A DNA stretch of 64,000 nt from an uncultured delta proteobacterium (GCA_963803435.1 CAWDML010000008.1:384001-448000), one strand, 5' to 3'; positions 47,002 to 57,425 are shown, numbered from the stretch's first letter. Notes: generated by a model not told the origin, from the letters alone. Translations and numbers: made by a program.

Positions 47002-48123
47002 ATGAAGCGATCGGGCGGCTGGCTGGAACGTGAGCTGAAGGAGCGCGGCGTCAGGCGGCGCGACTTCATGAAGCTGTGCGGGGCCATCGCAAGCTACTTC
47101 GCGCTGCCGCGGACCGCGTCAGCGGAGATGGCGAAGGCGGTCCTCCACGCCCAGAAGCCCGTGCTCGTGTGGCTCGAGTTCCAGGACTGTGCCGGGAACA
47201 CCGAGTCGTTCCTGAGAGGGAGTCGGCCGAGCGCCGCCGAGGTGATCCTCGACGTGCTCTCCGTCGACTACCACGAGACGATCATGGCGGCCGCCGGTCA
47301 CCACGCCGAAGCCGCGCTGCGGCAGACCGTGGAGCAGAATCGAGGTGGCTACATCGCCATCGTCGAGGGTTCCATCCCGATGGGCGCCAACGGCGCGTAT
47401 TGCACCATCGGAGGACGCTCCGCGATCCAGATCGCGCGCGAGGTCTGTGGGGACGCGGCCGCCACGATCGCCATCGGCACGTGTGCGGCGTTCGGCGGGA
47501 TCCCGGCCGCTGCGCCCAATCCCACCGCCGCCCTCGGCGTCTCGGACGCGGTCCCCGGGCTCGCGAACCTGATCAACCTGCCGGCGTGTCCGGCCAACGT
47601 CGAGAACCTGACCGCGCTGATCGTCTACTACATGACCTTCAAGCGCTGGCCGCCGCTGGACGCGCTCCACCGTCCGATGTTCGCGTACGGCAAGAGCATC
47701 CACGACAACTGCGAGCGACGCGCCCACTTCGACGCCGGCCAGTACGTGGAAGGCTGGGGCGACGAAGGGCACCGCACCGGCTACTGCCTCTACAAGATGG
47801 GCTGTAAGGGCCCGGTCACCTACCAGAACTGTCCGGTGGTGCGGTGGAACGAGGGCACCAACTGGCCGATCGGCTGTGGTCACCCGTGCATCGGATGTGC
47901 AGAGCCGAGCTTCTGGGATCGGATGACGCCGTTCTACGCCCACCTCCCGGGCGTGCCGGGGTTCGGCATGGCCAGCGACATCGACACGGTCGGAATGCTG
48001 GCGACCGCCGGCGTCGCCGTCGGGTTTGGCGTACACGGCTTGATCCAGATCGGGAGACAGAAGCTGGGCCGCCAAGACAAGCCGCCGCCGGCTCAGACGA
48101 ACGGTCCCGGAGGCGAGTCATGA
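47002..48123 (+). CDS. hyaA: [NiFe]-hydrogenase small subunit (group 1), Tat signal and C-terminal TM
   Basis: RRRDFMKLC, DYHETIMAAAG, GTCAAFGG, IHDNCERR, CLYKMGCKGP and HPCIGC. Confidence 0.95.
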   Translation: MKRSGGWLERELKERGVRRRDFMKLCGAIASYFALPRTASAEMAKAVLHAQKPVLVWLEFQDCAGNTESFLRGSRPSAAEVILDVLSVDYHETIMAAAGHHAEAALRQTVEQNRGGYIAIVEGSIPMGANGAYCTIGGRSAIQIAREVCGDAAATIAIGTCAAFGGIPAAAPNPTAALGVSDAVPGLANLINLPACPANVENLTALIVYYMTFKRWPPLDALHRPMFAYGKSIHDNCERRAHFDAGQYVEGWGDEGHRTGYCLYKMGCKGPVTYQNCPVVRWNEGTNWPIGCGHPCIGCAEPSFWDRMTPFYAHLPGVPGFGMASDIDTVGMLATAGVAVGFGVHGLIQIGRQKLGRQDKPPPAQTNGPGGES

Positions 48124-49826
48124 GTCACGTCGTCATCGATCCGGTGACCCGCATCGAGGGCCACCTCCGAATCGAGGCCGAGATCGAGAACGGCGCCGTC
48201 TCCGACGCTTGGTCGTCCTCGACGATGTTCCGCGGGATCGAGCTGATCCTGAAGGGACGCGATCCGCGGGATGCATGGGTCTTCGCCCAGCGGATCTGCG
48301 GGGTGTGCACCACCGTGCACGCGATCGCCTCCATCCGCGCCGTCGAGAGCGCAGTCGGTGCCAAGCCGCCGCCCAACGCGCGGCTGCTCCGCAACCTGAT
48401 CATGGCCGCCCAGATGGTGCAGGACCACGTCATCCACTTCTATCACCTGCACGCGCTCGATTGGGTCGATGTGGTGTCCGCGCTCTCCGCGGATCCGAAG
48501 CAGACCTCGATCCTCGCCGAGTCGATCTCCGACTGGCCGCTCTCGAGCACCAAGTACTTCACCGGCGTGAAGGAGAAGCTGAAGACGTTCGTCGATCGGG
48601 GGCAGCTCGGTCCCTTCGCGAACGCGTACTGGGGACACCCGGCCTACCGCCTCCCTCCAGAGGCGAACCTGATGGCCGTCTCTCACTACCTCCAGGCGCT
48701 CGAGTGGCAGCGCGAGTTCATCAAGATGCACGCCGTCCTCGGTGGCAAGAACCCGCACCTCCAGAGCTTCCTGGTCGGCGGTATGGCGACCCCGGTGGAT
48801 CCGAACCAGCAGGCGTCCATCAACATGGGCACCATCGCGCAGCTCCAGAAGCTGATCGCCAAGGCTCAGGACTTCGTCACGAAGGTGTACATCCCCGACC
48901 TGTTGGCGATCGCCGGCTACTACAAGGACTGGGCCGGGATAGGCGTAGGCATCGGCAACTATCTCGTCTACGGCGAGTATCCCGAAGACGATGGCGAAGT
49001 CCCAGCGCTCTACCTCCCCGGGGGCGTCATCCACGGGCGCGATCTCTCGAAGCTCGAGGACTTCGATCAGCAGAAGGTCAGCGAGTACATCGCTCACTCC
49101 TGGTACGCGTACGACGGCGGCAACGGCGCGTCGCTCCACCCGTGGAAGGGCGAGACGCAGCCGACGTACACCGGGCCGGAGCCGCCCTTCGAGCGGCTCG
49201 ACACCGATCGAAAGTACAGCTGGCTCAAGTCCCCCCGCTATGCGGACGAGCCCATGGAGGTGGGGCCCCTGGCGCGGATGCTGGTGGCCTATGTGCGCGG
49301 CCACGCGCGGGTCAAGGCGCTGGTGGACACGGTCCTGAAAGCCCTCGACGCGCCGCCAACTGCGCTGTTCTCGACGCTCGGTCGAGTGGCGGCCCGCGGC
49401 ATCGAGACCCAGATCCTCGGCGAGAAGCTGAGCGACTGGGTCGGCCAGCTCGCCACCAACATGGATCGCGGCGACCTCCGGATCCACGACAGCACCAAGT
49501 GGGATCCCAAGACCTGGCCGAAGGACGCCTTCGGCGCCGGTTTCCACGAGGCGCCCCGCGGCGCGCTCGGACACTGGGTGCACATCAAGGACGGCCTCAT
49601 CGCCAACTATCAGTGCGTGGTGCCGAGCACCTGGAACGCTGGACCGCGAGACGCCGCCGGCCGGCTGGGACCGTACGAGGCGGCGCTGCTCGGCACTCCG
49701 GTGCAGGACCCCGAGCAGCCGCTCGAGCTCCTCCGTACCGTGCACTCGTTCGACCCGTGCATGGCGTGTGGCGTCCACGTCCTCGATGCGACCGGACGGG
49801 AGATCGCCTGCGTGAGGACGTCATGA
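48120..49826 (+). CDS. hyaB: [NiFe]-hydrogenase large subunit
   Basis: DPVTRIEGH, L1 QRICGVCTTVH, L2 SFDPCMACGVH and a cleavable tail. Confidence 0.97.
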   Translation: MSHVVIDPVTRIEGHLRIEAEIENGAVSDAWSSSTMFRGIELILKGRDPRDAWVFAQRICGVCTTVHAIASIRAVESAVGAKPPPNARLLRNLIMAAQMVQDHVIHFYHLHALDWVDVVSALSADPKQTSILAESISDWPLSSTKYFTGVKEKLKTFVDRGQLGPFANAYWGHPAYRLPPEANLMAVSHYLQALEWQREFIKMHAVLGGKNPHLQSFLVGGMATPVDPNQQASINMGTIAQLQKLIAKAQDFVTKVYIPDLLAIAGYYKDWAGIGVGIGNYLVYGEYPEDDGEVPALYLPGGVIHGRDLSKLEDFDQQKVSEYIAHSWYAYDGGNGASLHPWKGETQPTYTGPEPPFERLDTDRKYSWLKSPRYADEPMEVGPLARMLVAYVRGHARVKALVDTVLKALDAPPTALFSTLGRVAARGIETQILGEKLSDWVGQLATNMDRGDLRIHDSTKWDPKTWPKDAFGAGFHEAPRGALGHWVHIKDGLIANYQCVVPSTWNAGPRDAAGRLGPYEAALLGTPVQDPEQPLELLRTVHSFDPCMACGVHVLDATGREIACVRTS

Positions 49827-50575
49827 TCATCCCAACCAATAGGATCGAACACGAGCCGGTGATGCCCCTCGCCGTGCCCGAGAGGATCGCCGGCCCGGGC
49901 GCCGCGCCGAGCGGGAGCGACCGGCTCTACGTCTGGGACGTGCTGGTCCGCGTTCTCCACTGGGTGATCGCGCTCTCGATCGTCCTCTTGGCGTCGACCG
50001 GCATCTATCTCGGTCACCCGTTCCTGATCGTCCCCGGGGAGGCCGGACGGCACTTCGTCATGGGCACCGTCAAGGTGATCCACTTCTACGTCGCCATCGC
50101 TTTCACGCTGGCGGTGCTGGCGCGGATCGTCTGGATGTTCCTCGGCTCCAAGAACGCCCGCTGGACCAGCTTCATCCCCACCACCCGGAAGCGCTGGGCG
50201 GATTTCATCGGGACGCTGAAGTTCTACCTGTTCATCCACAAGACGCCGCCGGAATGCGAGGGTCACAACCCGCTCGCCGGGGCTGCCTACACTGCCATCT
50301 TCGGCCTGTACCTGGTCATGATCCTCACTGGGCTCGGCCTCTACGCGGCGGACGCCACCGTCGGGACGCTGGTCCATCACCTCACTTTCCTGCTGGCGCC
50401 GTTCGGCGGTCCCCAGAGTGCGCGCTGGGTGCACCACGTGGTGATGTGGTTGCTGCTCGGCTTCACGGTGCATCACGTCTACAGCGCGGTGCTGGTCTCG
50501 CTGGTCGAGAAGAACGGCACCGTCGACTCGATCTTCTCCGGCTACAAGTGGTTCCGGCGACGGGAGCGGCCATGA
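49823..50575 (+). CDS. hyaC: Hydrogenase b-type cytochrome subunit
   Basis: YVWDVLVRVLHW, GHNPLA, RWVHH and SIFSGYK. Confidence 0.92.
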   Translation: MIIPTNRIEHEPVMPLAVPERIAGPGAAPSGSDRLYVWDVLVRVLHWVIALSIVLLASTGIYLGHPFLIVPGEAGRHFVMGTVKVIHFYVAIAFTLAVLARIVWMFLGSKNARWTSFIPTTRKRWADFIGTLKFYLFIHKTPPECEGHNPLAGAAYTAIFGLYLVMILTGLGLYAADATVGTLVHHLTFLLAPFGGPQSARWVHHVVMWLLLGFTVHHVYSAVLVSLVEKNGTVDSIFSGYKWFRRRERP

Positions 50576-51117
50576 TCCCGGATCTCAGCGGCGAACCCAT
50601 TCCGCTCCTGATCGTCGGCCTCGGCAACGTGCTCCTCGGTGACGACGGGCTGGGGGTGGTGGCGGTCGACGAGCTGGTCGCGCGGTTCGATCTCCCGGAC
50701 GAGGTCCGCGTGATCGACGGCGGCACGCTCGGTCTGTCGCTGCTGCCGCTGCTGCAGAGCGCCCGCCGGGTCATCCTGGTGGACGCGATCGCGGCGGACG
50801 CCGAGGCCGGGAGCCTGGTGCGGCTCGTCGGCGAGGACGTCTCGCACGCGGCGGCGCACCGGCTCTCACCGCATCAGGTGGGCGTGGCCGACCTCCTCGA
50901 CGGGCTGCGGCTGCTCGGCGGGCTCCCCGAGGAGATCGTCCTCATCGGGCTGGTTCCGATGTCGATCGAGCTCGACCTGAAGCGGAGCCTTCCGGTTCGC
51001 GATCAGATGGACCGGCTGGTGGACGCGGTGGCGGCCGAGACCCGGGCGATGGGCTGGGACCTGCGACCTCGGCTTCGAGTGTCCCGCCCGGAGCGCGGAA
51101 GAATGGGAGTCCTCTGA
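50572..51117 (+). CDS. hyaD: Hydrogenase maturation protease
   Basis: GLGNVLLGDDGLG, DGGTLG and SPHQ. Confidence 0.92.
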   Translation: MIPDLSGEPIPLLIVGLGNVLLGDDGLGVVAVDELVARFDLPDEVRVIDGGTLGLSLLPLLQSARRVILVDAIAADAEAGSLVRLVGEDVSHAAAHRLSPHQVGVADLLDGLRLLGGLPEEIVLIGLVPMSIELDLKRSLPVRDQMDRLVDAVAAETRAMGWDLRPRLRVSRPERGRMGVL

Positions 51118-51395
51118 TGTGTCTCGGAGTTCCCGGCAAGGTTATCGAGCTGAATGACGACGTCGCGGTGGTCGACTTCTGGGGCGTCAAGAAGCTGGTT
51201 CGTCTCGACATCGTCGACGAGCCCGTCGCACCGGGCGATTACATCCTCAACCACGTCGGCTTCGCGATCCGACGGATCCCCGCGGCGGAGGTCGCCGAGA
51301 CGCTGGCGCTCTACGAGGAGCTGCTCGAGGCGAGCGACAAGGACCTGATGGCGCAGGACGTCCGGGGCGAGCTCGACGCGACGGAGAAGCGGTGA
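51117..51395 (+). CDS. hypC: Hydrogenase chaperone HypC
   Basis: MCLGVPGKV and GDYILNHVGFA. Confidence 0.95.
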   Translation: MCLGVPGKVIELNDDVAVVDFWGVKKLVRLDIVDEPVAPGDYILNHVGFAIRRIPAAEVAETLALYEELLEASDKDLMAQDVRGELDATEKR

Positions 51396-52531
51396 TGTTC
51401 GTCGGACGCGATGAGCTGCAGATGAAGTTCCGGGATCGAACCCGGGCGCTGGCGCTCGGTGAGAAGCTCGAGTCGGTCTTGGCGGAGATCGGTCGCGACC
51501 CGGTCTCGGTGATGCACGTGTGCGGGAGCCACGAGCAGGCTATCGCGCGCTACGGCCTGAGGTCCGGCTTCCCCAAGGCGCTCGACGTGATCATGGGACC
51601 CGGCTGCCCGGTCTGCATTACCGACGTCCCCGAGGTGGACGAAGCCGTCGCGCTGGCGAAGCAGGGGGTCCGCATCGCCACGTACGGCGACATGCTCAAG
51701 GTCCCGGGCACGGCGCAATCGCTCGCCGCCGTGCAGGCGGAGGGCGCCCGGATCGACGTGGTCTACAGCGTGGCGCAGGCGGTCGAGCTGGCGCGGAGCG
51801 TCACCGAGGAGGTCGTCTTCTTCGCGACGGGTTTCGAGACCACCGCGGTCACCACCGCGGCGGTGCTGCTCGACGATCCCCCGAAGAACTTCTCGGTGCT
51901 CTCCGCCCACAAGTACATCCCGCCGGTCATGGAGATCGTCTCCGAGATGCCGGACACCCGCATCGAGGGGTTCATCGCGGCGGGACACGCGGCCACGATC
52001 ACCGGGACTGCGATCTTCGAGCCCTTCGCGAAGCGTCACGGAGTTCCCGTGGTGGTCGCCGGCTTCGAGCCGCTCGACATCCTGGCCGCGCTGGTGATCC
52101 TCGTCGAGCTGATCCGCGACGGACGCGCCGAGGTGGTGAACGCCTATCCGCGGTGCGTCTCGCGCGAAGGGAACCTGGTCGCGCAGGAGCGGCTCTGGAG
52201 GGTCTTCCGGCCGATCGGCGGCCGCTGGCGCGGCATCGCGCACGTGCCGAACGGCAACCTGCGGCTGCGCGACGAGATGGCGGCGTTCGACGCACGCCGG
52301 CGCTTCACGATCGACCTCGAGTCGCTCTGGGACCACGCACCTCCGAAGCTGCTCCAGCAGTGCATCTGCGGGGACATCATGGCCGGTATCGCTGCGCCGA
52401 GCGACTGCGCGCTGTTCGGCAAGGAGTGCCGCCCGGACGCCCCCGTGGGCGCGTGCATGGTCTCGAGCGAGGGCACTTGCAAGATCTGGCACCTGTACGG
52501 CGGACACCCGGATCTGGGAGACGTTCGATGA
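51392..52531 (+). CDS. hypD: Hydrogenase maturation protein HypD
   Basis: HVCGSHE, GPGCPVC, GFETT and PVGACMVSSEGTC. Confidence 0.95.
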   Translation: MMFVGRDELQMKFRDRTRALALGEKLESVLAEIGRDPVSVMHVCGSHEQAIARYGLRSGFPKALDVIMGPGCPVCITDVPEVDEAVALAKQGVRIATYGDMLKVPGTAQSLAAVQAEGARIDVVYSVAQAVELARSVTEEVVFFATGFETTAVTTAAVLLDDPPKNFSVLSAHKYIPPVMEIVSEMPDTRIEGFIAAGHAATITGTAIFEPFAKRHGVPVVVAGFEPLDILAALVILVELIRDGRAEVVNAYPRCVSREGNLVAQERLWRVFRPIGGRWRGIAHVPNGNLRLRDEMAAFDARRRFTIDLESLWDHAPPKLLQQCICGDIMAGIAAPSDCALFGKECRPDAPVGACMVSSEGTCKIWHLYGGHPDLGDVR

Positions 52532-53556
52532 TTCCTCTCGAGTCCAAGCTCACGATGACCCACGGCGCCGGCGGGCGGGCGATGCGCCGGCTGATCCAGT
52601 CGGTGTTCGCGGAGGGATGGGACCCCTCGCCCGAGGGCGTCATCGGTCTGGAGGCGATGGACGACGGCGCTGCGATCCGCGTCGGCGATCGCTGGCTGGT
52701 GGTCACGACGGACTCGCACGTGATCCACCCGATCTTCTTCCCCGGCGGGGACATCGGGCGGCTCGCGATCTCCGGCACCGTCAACGACCTGGCGATGATG
52801 GGGGCCACCGAGGTGACCGCCCTGACCTCGGCGATGATCATCGAGGACGGCTTCGCCCGCGCCGCCCTCGAGCAGGTGCACGCCTCGATGCTCACCGCCT
52901 GCAGAGAGGCCGGCGCCCGCGTCGTCACGGGCGACACCAAGCTGATGGGGAAGGGCGAGGTCGACGGGCTGCTCATCAACACCACCGGAGTCGCGCTCAC
53001 CGACCGGATCGTGCGCGACAACGGACTCCGGCCCGGGGACCGGATCATCGTCACGGGGACCATCGGCGATCACGGCTTTGCCGTGATGGCGCATCGCAAC
53101 GGGATCGAGCTCGATGGTCAGCTGGTCTCCGACGTCGGGCCGATCAACGGTCTGATCCGCGGCGCGCTGAAGGTCGGCGGCGAGGCCATCACGGCGATGA
53201 AGGATCCGACGCGAGGCGGTGTCGCGAGCGCCCTCTCCGAGATGGCGGAGAAGAGCCATGTCGGCGTGCTCTTGATGCAAGAGCAGCTCCCGTTCTCCGA
53301 TGCGGTGATCGGGGCGTCCGAGCTCCTCGGGATCGATCCGCTGCACGTGGCCAACGAGGGCAAGGCGGTGCTGGGGGTCCGGCCCGAGGCGGTCGACGCC
53401 GTGCTTGCGGTGCTGCGTGATCACCCGCTCGGCGCGCGCGCCGCGGTGATCGGTACCGCGGTGGAGGGCCAGGTCGGTCGCGTCGTGCTCGACACCGGGT
53501 TCGGCCGGCGCATCCTGGCCGAGCTCGAGGGCGAGCCGTTGCCACGGATTTGTTGA
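52528..53556 (+). CDS. hypE: Carbamoyl dehydratase HypE
   Basis: HGAGG, FFPGGDIG, VNDL, DPTRGG and C-terminal LPRIC. Confidence 0.95.
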   Translation: MIPLESKLTMTHGAGGRAMRRLIQSVFAEGWDPSPEGVIGLEAMDDGAAIRVGDRWLVVTTDSHVIHPIFFPGGDIGRLAISGTVNDLAMMGATEVTALTSAMIIEDGFARAALEQVHASMLTACREAGARVVTGDTKLMGKGEVDGLLINTTGVALTDRIVRDNGLRPGDRIIVTGTIGDHGFAVMAHRNGIELDGQLVSDVGPINGLIRGALKVGGEAITAMKDPTRGGVASALSEMAEKSHVGVLLMQEQLPFSDAVIGASELLGIDPLHVANEGKAVLGVRPEAVDAVLAVLRDHPLGARAAVIGTAVEGQVGRVVLDTGFGRRILAELEGEPLPRIC

Positions 53557-53566
53557 GGAGGGCCAA

Positions 53567-54400
53567 ATGAAGAACATCAGAGTGACACGGGACGGAGCGG
53601 TCGGAATCATCACGATCGATCGTCCCGAGCGCTTCAACGCGTTCGATGTGATCACTGCGCGCGACTTTCGCAAGGCGGGCCTCGGATTCGCCCGCGACAC
53701 GGACGTCCGCTGTGTCGTGGTCCGCGGGACGAACGGAGTCTTCTCCAGCGGAGCCGACCTCAAGTACATCCGCGACGGGGGCTCCGACGACGATCTCGGC
53801 TATCTGCACCCGGGGTCCCGCGGCGTCCCCCGCGGCTACGGCGAGGTGTTCAAGCAGATCCTGGAATATCTCCACAGCACCATCTCCGAGATCCGACGCG
53901 CGCCCAAGCCGTTCATCGCGGCGGTGGACGGCGTGGCGGCGGCCGGCGGCATGGGCATCGCGCTCTCGTGCGACCTGGTGCTGGCCTCGGGCCGCTCGAC
54001 GTTCGAGTACGCCTACTTCAAGACCGCGCTCTGCGGGGCCGAGAGCAACACCTTCTTCCTGCCCAAGCTGGTGGGGCTGCGGAAGGCCCTCGACATGGCA
54101 CTCCTGAACCCGCGCTTCTCCGCGGTCGAGGCCGAGCAGCTGGGGTTGATCAGCCGGGCGATCGCCAACGAGCGCTTCGAGGAGGAGGTCCGCGAGATCG
54201 CCCAGCGTCTGGCGGCCGGGCCGACCGGCGCCTACGCGGCGGCCAAGCGCCTCTTCAACGCCTCGGCGGGGTTCGAGCGCCTGGACTTCCACCTCGACCA
54301 CGAGCTCGAGACGCTGGCCCGCAGCGCCGACTCGAAGGACTTCGCAGAGGGCATCCGCGCCTTCTTCGAGAAGCGGCCGCCGGTCTTCTCGGGAGAGTGA
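53567..54400 (+). CDS. Enoyl-CoA hydratase/isomerase (crotonase) family protein
   Basis: FSSGADL, KPFIAAVDGVAAAGG, CDLV and DFAEGIRAFFEKRPP. Confidence 0.9.
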   Translation: MKNIRVTRDGAVGIITIDRPERFNAFDVITARDFRKAGLGFARDTDVRCVVVRGTNGVFSSGADLKYIRDGGSDDDLGYLHPGSRGVPRGYGEVFKQILEYLHSTISEIRRAPKPFIAAVDGVAAAGGMGIALSCDLVLASGRSTFEYAYFKTALCGAESNTFFLPKLVGLRKALDMALLNPRFSAVEAEQLGLISRAIANERFEEEVREIAQRLAAGPTGAYAAAKRLFNASAGFERLDFHLDHELETLARSADSKDFAEGIRAFFEKRPPVFSGE

Positions 54401-54402
54401 CC

Positions 54403-54750
54403 ATGCACGAGTACTCGCTGGTGCAGGCGCTCCTCTCCCGGGTCGAGGCCGAGGCCGCCGGGCGCGGCGCCACCAAGGTCCAGCGGATCGCGGTGCGCAT
54501 CGGCGACCTGGCCGGCGTGGAGCGCGATCTCTTCGCCACCGCCTTCGCGGCTTTCACCGAGCGGACCATCTGCGAGGGCGCCGAGCTCGAGATCATCGCC
54601 GAGGAGGCCCGCTGGCGCTGCCCTCACTGCAAGCGCGAGATCGCGCCGGGCCGGATGCTCCGCTGCCCGAGCTGCGCCATCCCCGCCGAGCTGGCGGCGG
54701 GCGGCGAGCTGTTTCTCGATCGAATCCAGATGGAGGTTCCCGATGTGTGA
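54403..54750 (+). CDS. hypA: Nickel metallochaperone HypA
   Basis: MHEYS, CPHC...CPSC and GGEL. Confidence 0.93.
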   Translation: MHEYSLVQALLSRVEAEAAGRGATKVQRIAVRIGDLAGVERDLFATAFAAFTERTICEGAELEIIAEEARWRCPHCKREIAPGRMLRCPSCAIPAELAAGGELFLDRIQMEVPDV

Positions 54751-55438
54751 TGTCTGTGGATGCGGCGACCGCCGCATCGTCTCGGTCGAGGTGCACGACC
54801 GCCTGCTGGCGGACAACGATCGCGCCGCCGCCCACAACCGTGAGCACTTCATCGAGCACGGCGTGACCGCCCTGAACCTGATGGGCTCCCCGGGATCCGG
54901 GAAGACGGCGGTGCTCGAGGCGCTGGCCCGGGCGCTCGGACCCGGCCGGAAGATCGGCGCGCTCAGCGCGGACCTCGCCACCGATAACGACGCGCGGCGA
55001 CTGCGCAGCGCCGGGATCGTCTCCGAGGCGATCACCACCGGCACTGCCTGCCACCTCGACGCCGATCTGGTCCACGAGGCCCTCCACGATCTCGAGTGGC
55101 AGGACCGCGAGCTCTTCTTCATCGAGAACGTCGGCAACCTAGTGTGCCCCGCGATCTACGATCTCGGACAGGCCGCCAACATCGTGGCGCTGTCGGTGAC
55201 CGAGGGCGTGGACAAGCCCATCAAGTACCCGGTGATGTTCCGAAAGGCCGACCTGGTGTTGATCACCAAGGTGGATCTGCTGCCTCACCTCGACGACGTC
55301 GATCTCGACGCCATCCGCGAGTCGCTGTCCCGCGTCATGCCCCGGCCGCTGTCCATCGCCGTCTCGGCCAAGACCGGCGAAGGGATCGACGCGCTGGTCG
55401 ACTGGCTCGAGACGTTGAGCGGAGCGACCCCGCTTTGA
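54743..55438 (+). CDS. hypB: Nickel incorporation GTPase HypB
   Basis: MCDVCGC, GSPGSGKT, CHLDA, ENVGNLVCP and TKVD. Confidence 0.95.
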   Translation: MCDVCGCGDRRIVSVEVHDRLLADNDRAAAHNREHFIEHGVTALNLMGSPGSGKTAVLEALARALGPGRKIGALSADLATDNDARRLRSAGIVSEAITTGTACHLDADLVHEALHDLEWQDRELFFIENVGNLVCPAIYDLGQAANIVALSVTEGVDKPIKYPVMFRKADLVLITKVDLLPHLDDVDLDAIRESLSRVMPRPLSIAVSAKTGEGIDALVDWLETLSGATPL

Positions 55439-55745
55439 GCCGGAGGGTGGTCACGGTCCTGCTCGAGCTGCAGCTCGGGCTCTGATGAGGTGCTTCAGGC
55501 GGGAGCGTCGGCGCGGCGTCGCGGACCAGCCTGGCCATGAGCTCCTCGCAGCGCGCGGTCGGGATCCATCCCTCTATCCCAAACATGTGCCGGTGCGTGC
55601 ATCCCGTCCCGAGAGCAGAACACACGGTACGCCGTTACCGATGCGCCCGAGGCGCGTGACCGGCTCGTGCAGCCTCGCGGAGTCGCGGAACAACCCGATG
55701 TCACCTCGGAGTCGAGATCCCTTGTGACGAGTCCCGCCGCCGGGG

Positions 55746-57425
55746 ATGATCACCGCGGTGGGCGTCTATCGGGAGTTCGAGGCGCAGCTCGCACGATGGC
55801 GCGCGCACTACCACGATCACCCCGAGCTCGAGACCCAGCACCTGCTCCTCTTGGCGCTCGAGCGGGAGCAGAACGTCACCGTCGCCTATCGTGAGGCGGT
55901 CCTCGCCCGACGCCTGGCACAGCTCGAGGTCCCCGCCTCGGTGCGCGGTCTCTTTCACCGCGCGCTCGTTTGGATCTGGAAGGACGAAGAGATGCACACG
56001 GTCTACGTCCGCCGGGCGCTCCTCCAACCGTTGCGGTCGGTGCTGACCGCCCGCACGCTGGTCCAGCTGGCAGCCGGAGCCCTGGGTGGATGGTCGGTCT
56101 CGGTGAAGCAGCACCGCCGCTGGGCCGAGGCGCCGCTCGCGTGCGCGGCGGCCGGGGTCGTCACCCAGGCGGGCCAGCTCGTCGGGCGCGTGCCACCGGC
56201 GGTCGTGCCGTATCTGTCCTACCGATCGTTCGGCGCGTTCTGCCGCTACAACGTCGAGACCGAGGGGACGGCCTGGCTGAGCTGGCGGCGGCTCGCCGAG
56301 CTGGCGGGGCAGGACGCGGCCGTGCCGCGTGCCCGGGTCGAGGACCTCCGGCGGGGCGCCGACGACGAGGATCGACACCGCCGGATCTTCGCGATCATCG
56401 CCGATGCGCTCACCGACGAGGATCGGCTCCTCCCCGGCTTCGAGGAGGCCCGGCTGGTGGAGGAGATCCGCGCGGTCGACGAGTCGTTCCTACCGCGCTC
56501 GAAGCGACGCCGCCGCACCGGCTCAGAGCAGGTAGGGAGCGGCGCTCCGGTGTTCGTCGTCGAGACGCCGAAGCACGTCGACGCGCGCGCGGAGCTCCGC
56601 AGCCTGCTCTCGGAGGCCGGGCTCCCGGAGATCATGGCCGCTCGAACGCGGGCGCTGGAGGTCGCGCAGGGCCAGCTGTGTGTGGCGGTGAAGTGCAGCC
56701 TCGTGTGCGGCGATCGCTCGGGGGTGACCGATCCCGAGCTCGTCGAGGCGCTGTCGATGTTCCTACGCGAGCATGGCGCCGCCCGGATCTCGGTGCTCGA
56801 CACTTCCGCCCTCCGCGTGTTCGACCGGCGTCCGCTGAGCGAGGTCGCGCTCGGCCACGGCTTCGGCTCGCCCCATCACTACCTGATCGACGCCTCCGGC
56901 GAACAGGTGACCCACCGCTACGGTCGCGGCATGGCGGCCCACTCGATCGCTCGTACCTGGAAGGACGCGCACCTGAGGCTCTCCTTCGCGAAGCTGACCC
57001 CGCACCATCCTGTCGGTCTGACCCTGGCGAACCTCGAGGGGATGAGCGGCGCGACCGAGCGGATCCGTTTTCTCTCGGGCGGGGCGCATCGCACGTCCTC
57101 GATCATGATGTTGGTCGACGAGTTCGCGCCGCAGCTCTTCCTGCTCGAGAGCCCGCGCCGGCTCTATGCGAGCACCGACGGCCTGGCCCTCGACCGCCTG
57201 GCCGCCCGGCATGCTGGGATCGGCGATCCCAGCCGATCGGCGATCCTCCGCGACGCGGAGCGATGGATCGGCGAGGCGCCGTCGGATCGCGAGGCGCCGA
57301 ATTCAGGGAAGTCGCGGATCATGCGCGTGCTCCAGCAGATCCCGGGCGCGCTTCAGGCGCTGGCCGGATGGACGGGACGAACGTCGACGATGCCCCAGAG
57401 GATCGATCGATCCCGCATCGCCTGA
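55746..57425 (+). CDS. Ferritin-like domain fused to a degenerate DUF362-like domain
   Basis: ALERE, KDEEMH, ETE and DEDRH; C-terminal VAVK...TDPELVEAL...SFAKL...LTLANL...STDGLALD. Confidence 0.55.
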   Translation: MITAVGVYREFEAQLARWRAHYHDHPELETQHLLLLALEREQNVTVAYREAVLARRLAQLEVPASVRGLFHRALVWIWKDEEMHTVYVRRALLQPLRSVLTARTLVQLAAGALGGWSVSVKQHRRWAEAPLACAAAGVVTQAGQLVGRVPPAVVPYLSYRSFGAFCRYNVETEGTAWLSWRRLAELAGQDAAVPRARVEDLRRGADDEDRHRRIFAIIADALTDEDRLLPGFEEARLVEEIRAVDESFLPRSKRRRRTGSEQVGSGAPVFVVETPKHVDARAELRSLLSEAGLPEIMAARTRALEVAQGQLCVAVKCSLVCGDRSGVTDPELVEALSMFLREHGAARISVLDTSALRVFDRRPLSEVALGHGFGSPHHYLIDASGEQVTHRYGRGMAAHSIARTWKDAHLRLSFAKLTPHHPVGLTLANLEGMSGATERIRFLSGGAHRTSSIMMLVDEFAPQLFLLESPRRLYASTDGLALDRLAARHAGIGDPSRSAILRDAERWIGEAPSDREAPNSGKSRIMRVLQQIPGALQALAGWTGRTSTMPQRIDRSRIA

